Positions 23,680-24,000 of a stretch of DNA of 24,000 nt are shown in pieces. Position numbers and translations under genes: made by a program. The notes beneath the pieces are model-generated. The model was not told the origin of the DNA, did not search any database, and saw only the letters and a program-made list of their open reading frames with translations. How positions within the stretch are numbered: position 1 is the stretch's first letter; every line of letters starts with the position of its first letter. This DNA is from an uncultured Cohaesibacter sp. Its GTDB lineage: Bacteria > Pseudomonadota > Alphaproteobacteria > Rhizobiales > Cohaesibacteraceae. The stretch is taken from assembly GCA_963677725.1 (NCBI GenBank), contig OY782507.1, positions 4,298,171-4,322,170 of the forward strand, given 5' to 3'.

Positions 23680-24000
23680 GGGCCTTTGTGCCCCAATCCC
23701 TTCCTCATTATCATCACACGAGCATTGTGCCTTCGGTTCCCTGCGGGCCGGATGCGTATCTCTGTGTTTTTCAAGATAAATTTGTCGTGCTGTTTTATTT
23801 CTGTGTATTCAAATACAGAAATCATAATATAATTTCATGTAATATTTGGAATTATACGAATTTGTTCAATAAATAGAATTTCAAGGATAATGAATGTCTA
23901 ATATAAAATGGGATCTTTATTATATTAAATTAAATTTTTCGGCGTGATGATGAGCTTAAAGAAAGAACAGTATCTGAATTTCAATGGAGCTTGACATGAC

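Noticed and set aside
23679-23694. The hairpin GGGGC-CTTTGT-GCCCC after the last kinase gene, as a possible terminator.
   Set aside because: The stem is only 5 bp and no U tract follows. This is too weak to call.
23688-23876. A 62-aa ORF in the AT-rich region, plus 15- and 17-codon mini-ORFs near 23895-23990.
   Set aside because: The 62-aa ORF has a GTG start and no RBS. Its composition is driven by AT-rich DNA (Phe/Asn/Tyr/Ile-rich), and nothing suggests real coding potential. A real gene may start at ATG 23996, but only 5 nt of it are visible.

Overview
The window looks like an ordinary chromosomal segment from an alphaproteobacterium-like genome. This placement is an inference from gene content, the slt/dapA/smpB arrangement and the initiator-tRNA sequence; no database was consulted. 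Hand counts put most of it at about 53-60% GC.

Gene order, left to right:
- 1-2078 (+): the 3' end of a peptide/nickel-type ABC importer, with a partial permease and two ATPases.
- 2159-5822 (-): a thiBPQ thiamine ABC importer, preceded by a clear TPP (THI-box) riboswitch and a sigma70-like promoter.
- 5845-6981 (-): an alpha/beta hydrolase with an acidic C-terminal tail.
- 7144-9441 (-): an Slt70-like lytic transglycosylase, divergent from dapA-smpB (+).
- 11297-11533 (+): two identical tandem initiator tRNA-fMet genes.
- 11691-14507 (-): a membrane-anchored PAS-GGDEF-EAL protein.
- 14780-17470 (-): an MprF-type lysyl-phosphatidylglycerol synthase/flippase.
- 17866-19467 (+): a cytoplasmic gamma-glutamyltransferase-family protein.
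- 19737-23679 (+): a translationally coupled sensor kinase / stand-alone receiver / receiver-kinase trio.
- About 23740-23995: an extremely AT-rich stretch (about 17-18% GC).

I found no CRISPR array, transposase, integrase, phage gene or recognisable defence or toxin gene, and no convincingly novel multi-gene system.

The items most worth a second look are:
- the two-component trio, which has no output domain and sits in lower-GC DNA next to the AT-rich boundary;
- the structured 272-nt leader of the GGDEF-EAL gene;
- an inverted repeat with 8-bp arms in the mprF/ggt divergent region;
- a small ORF with a consensus Shine-Dalgarno sequence embedded in a hairpin between slt and the hydrolase.

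All of these are modest, hypothesis-level observations.
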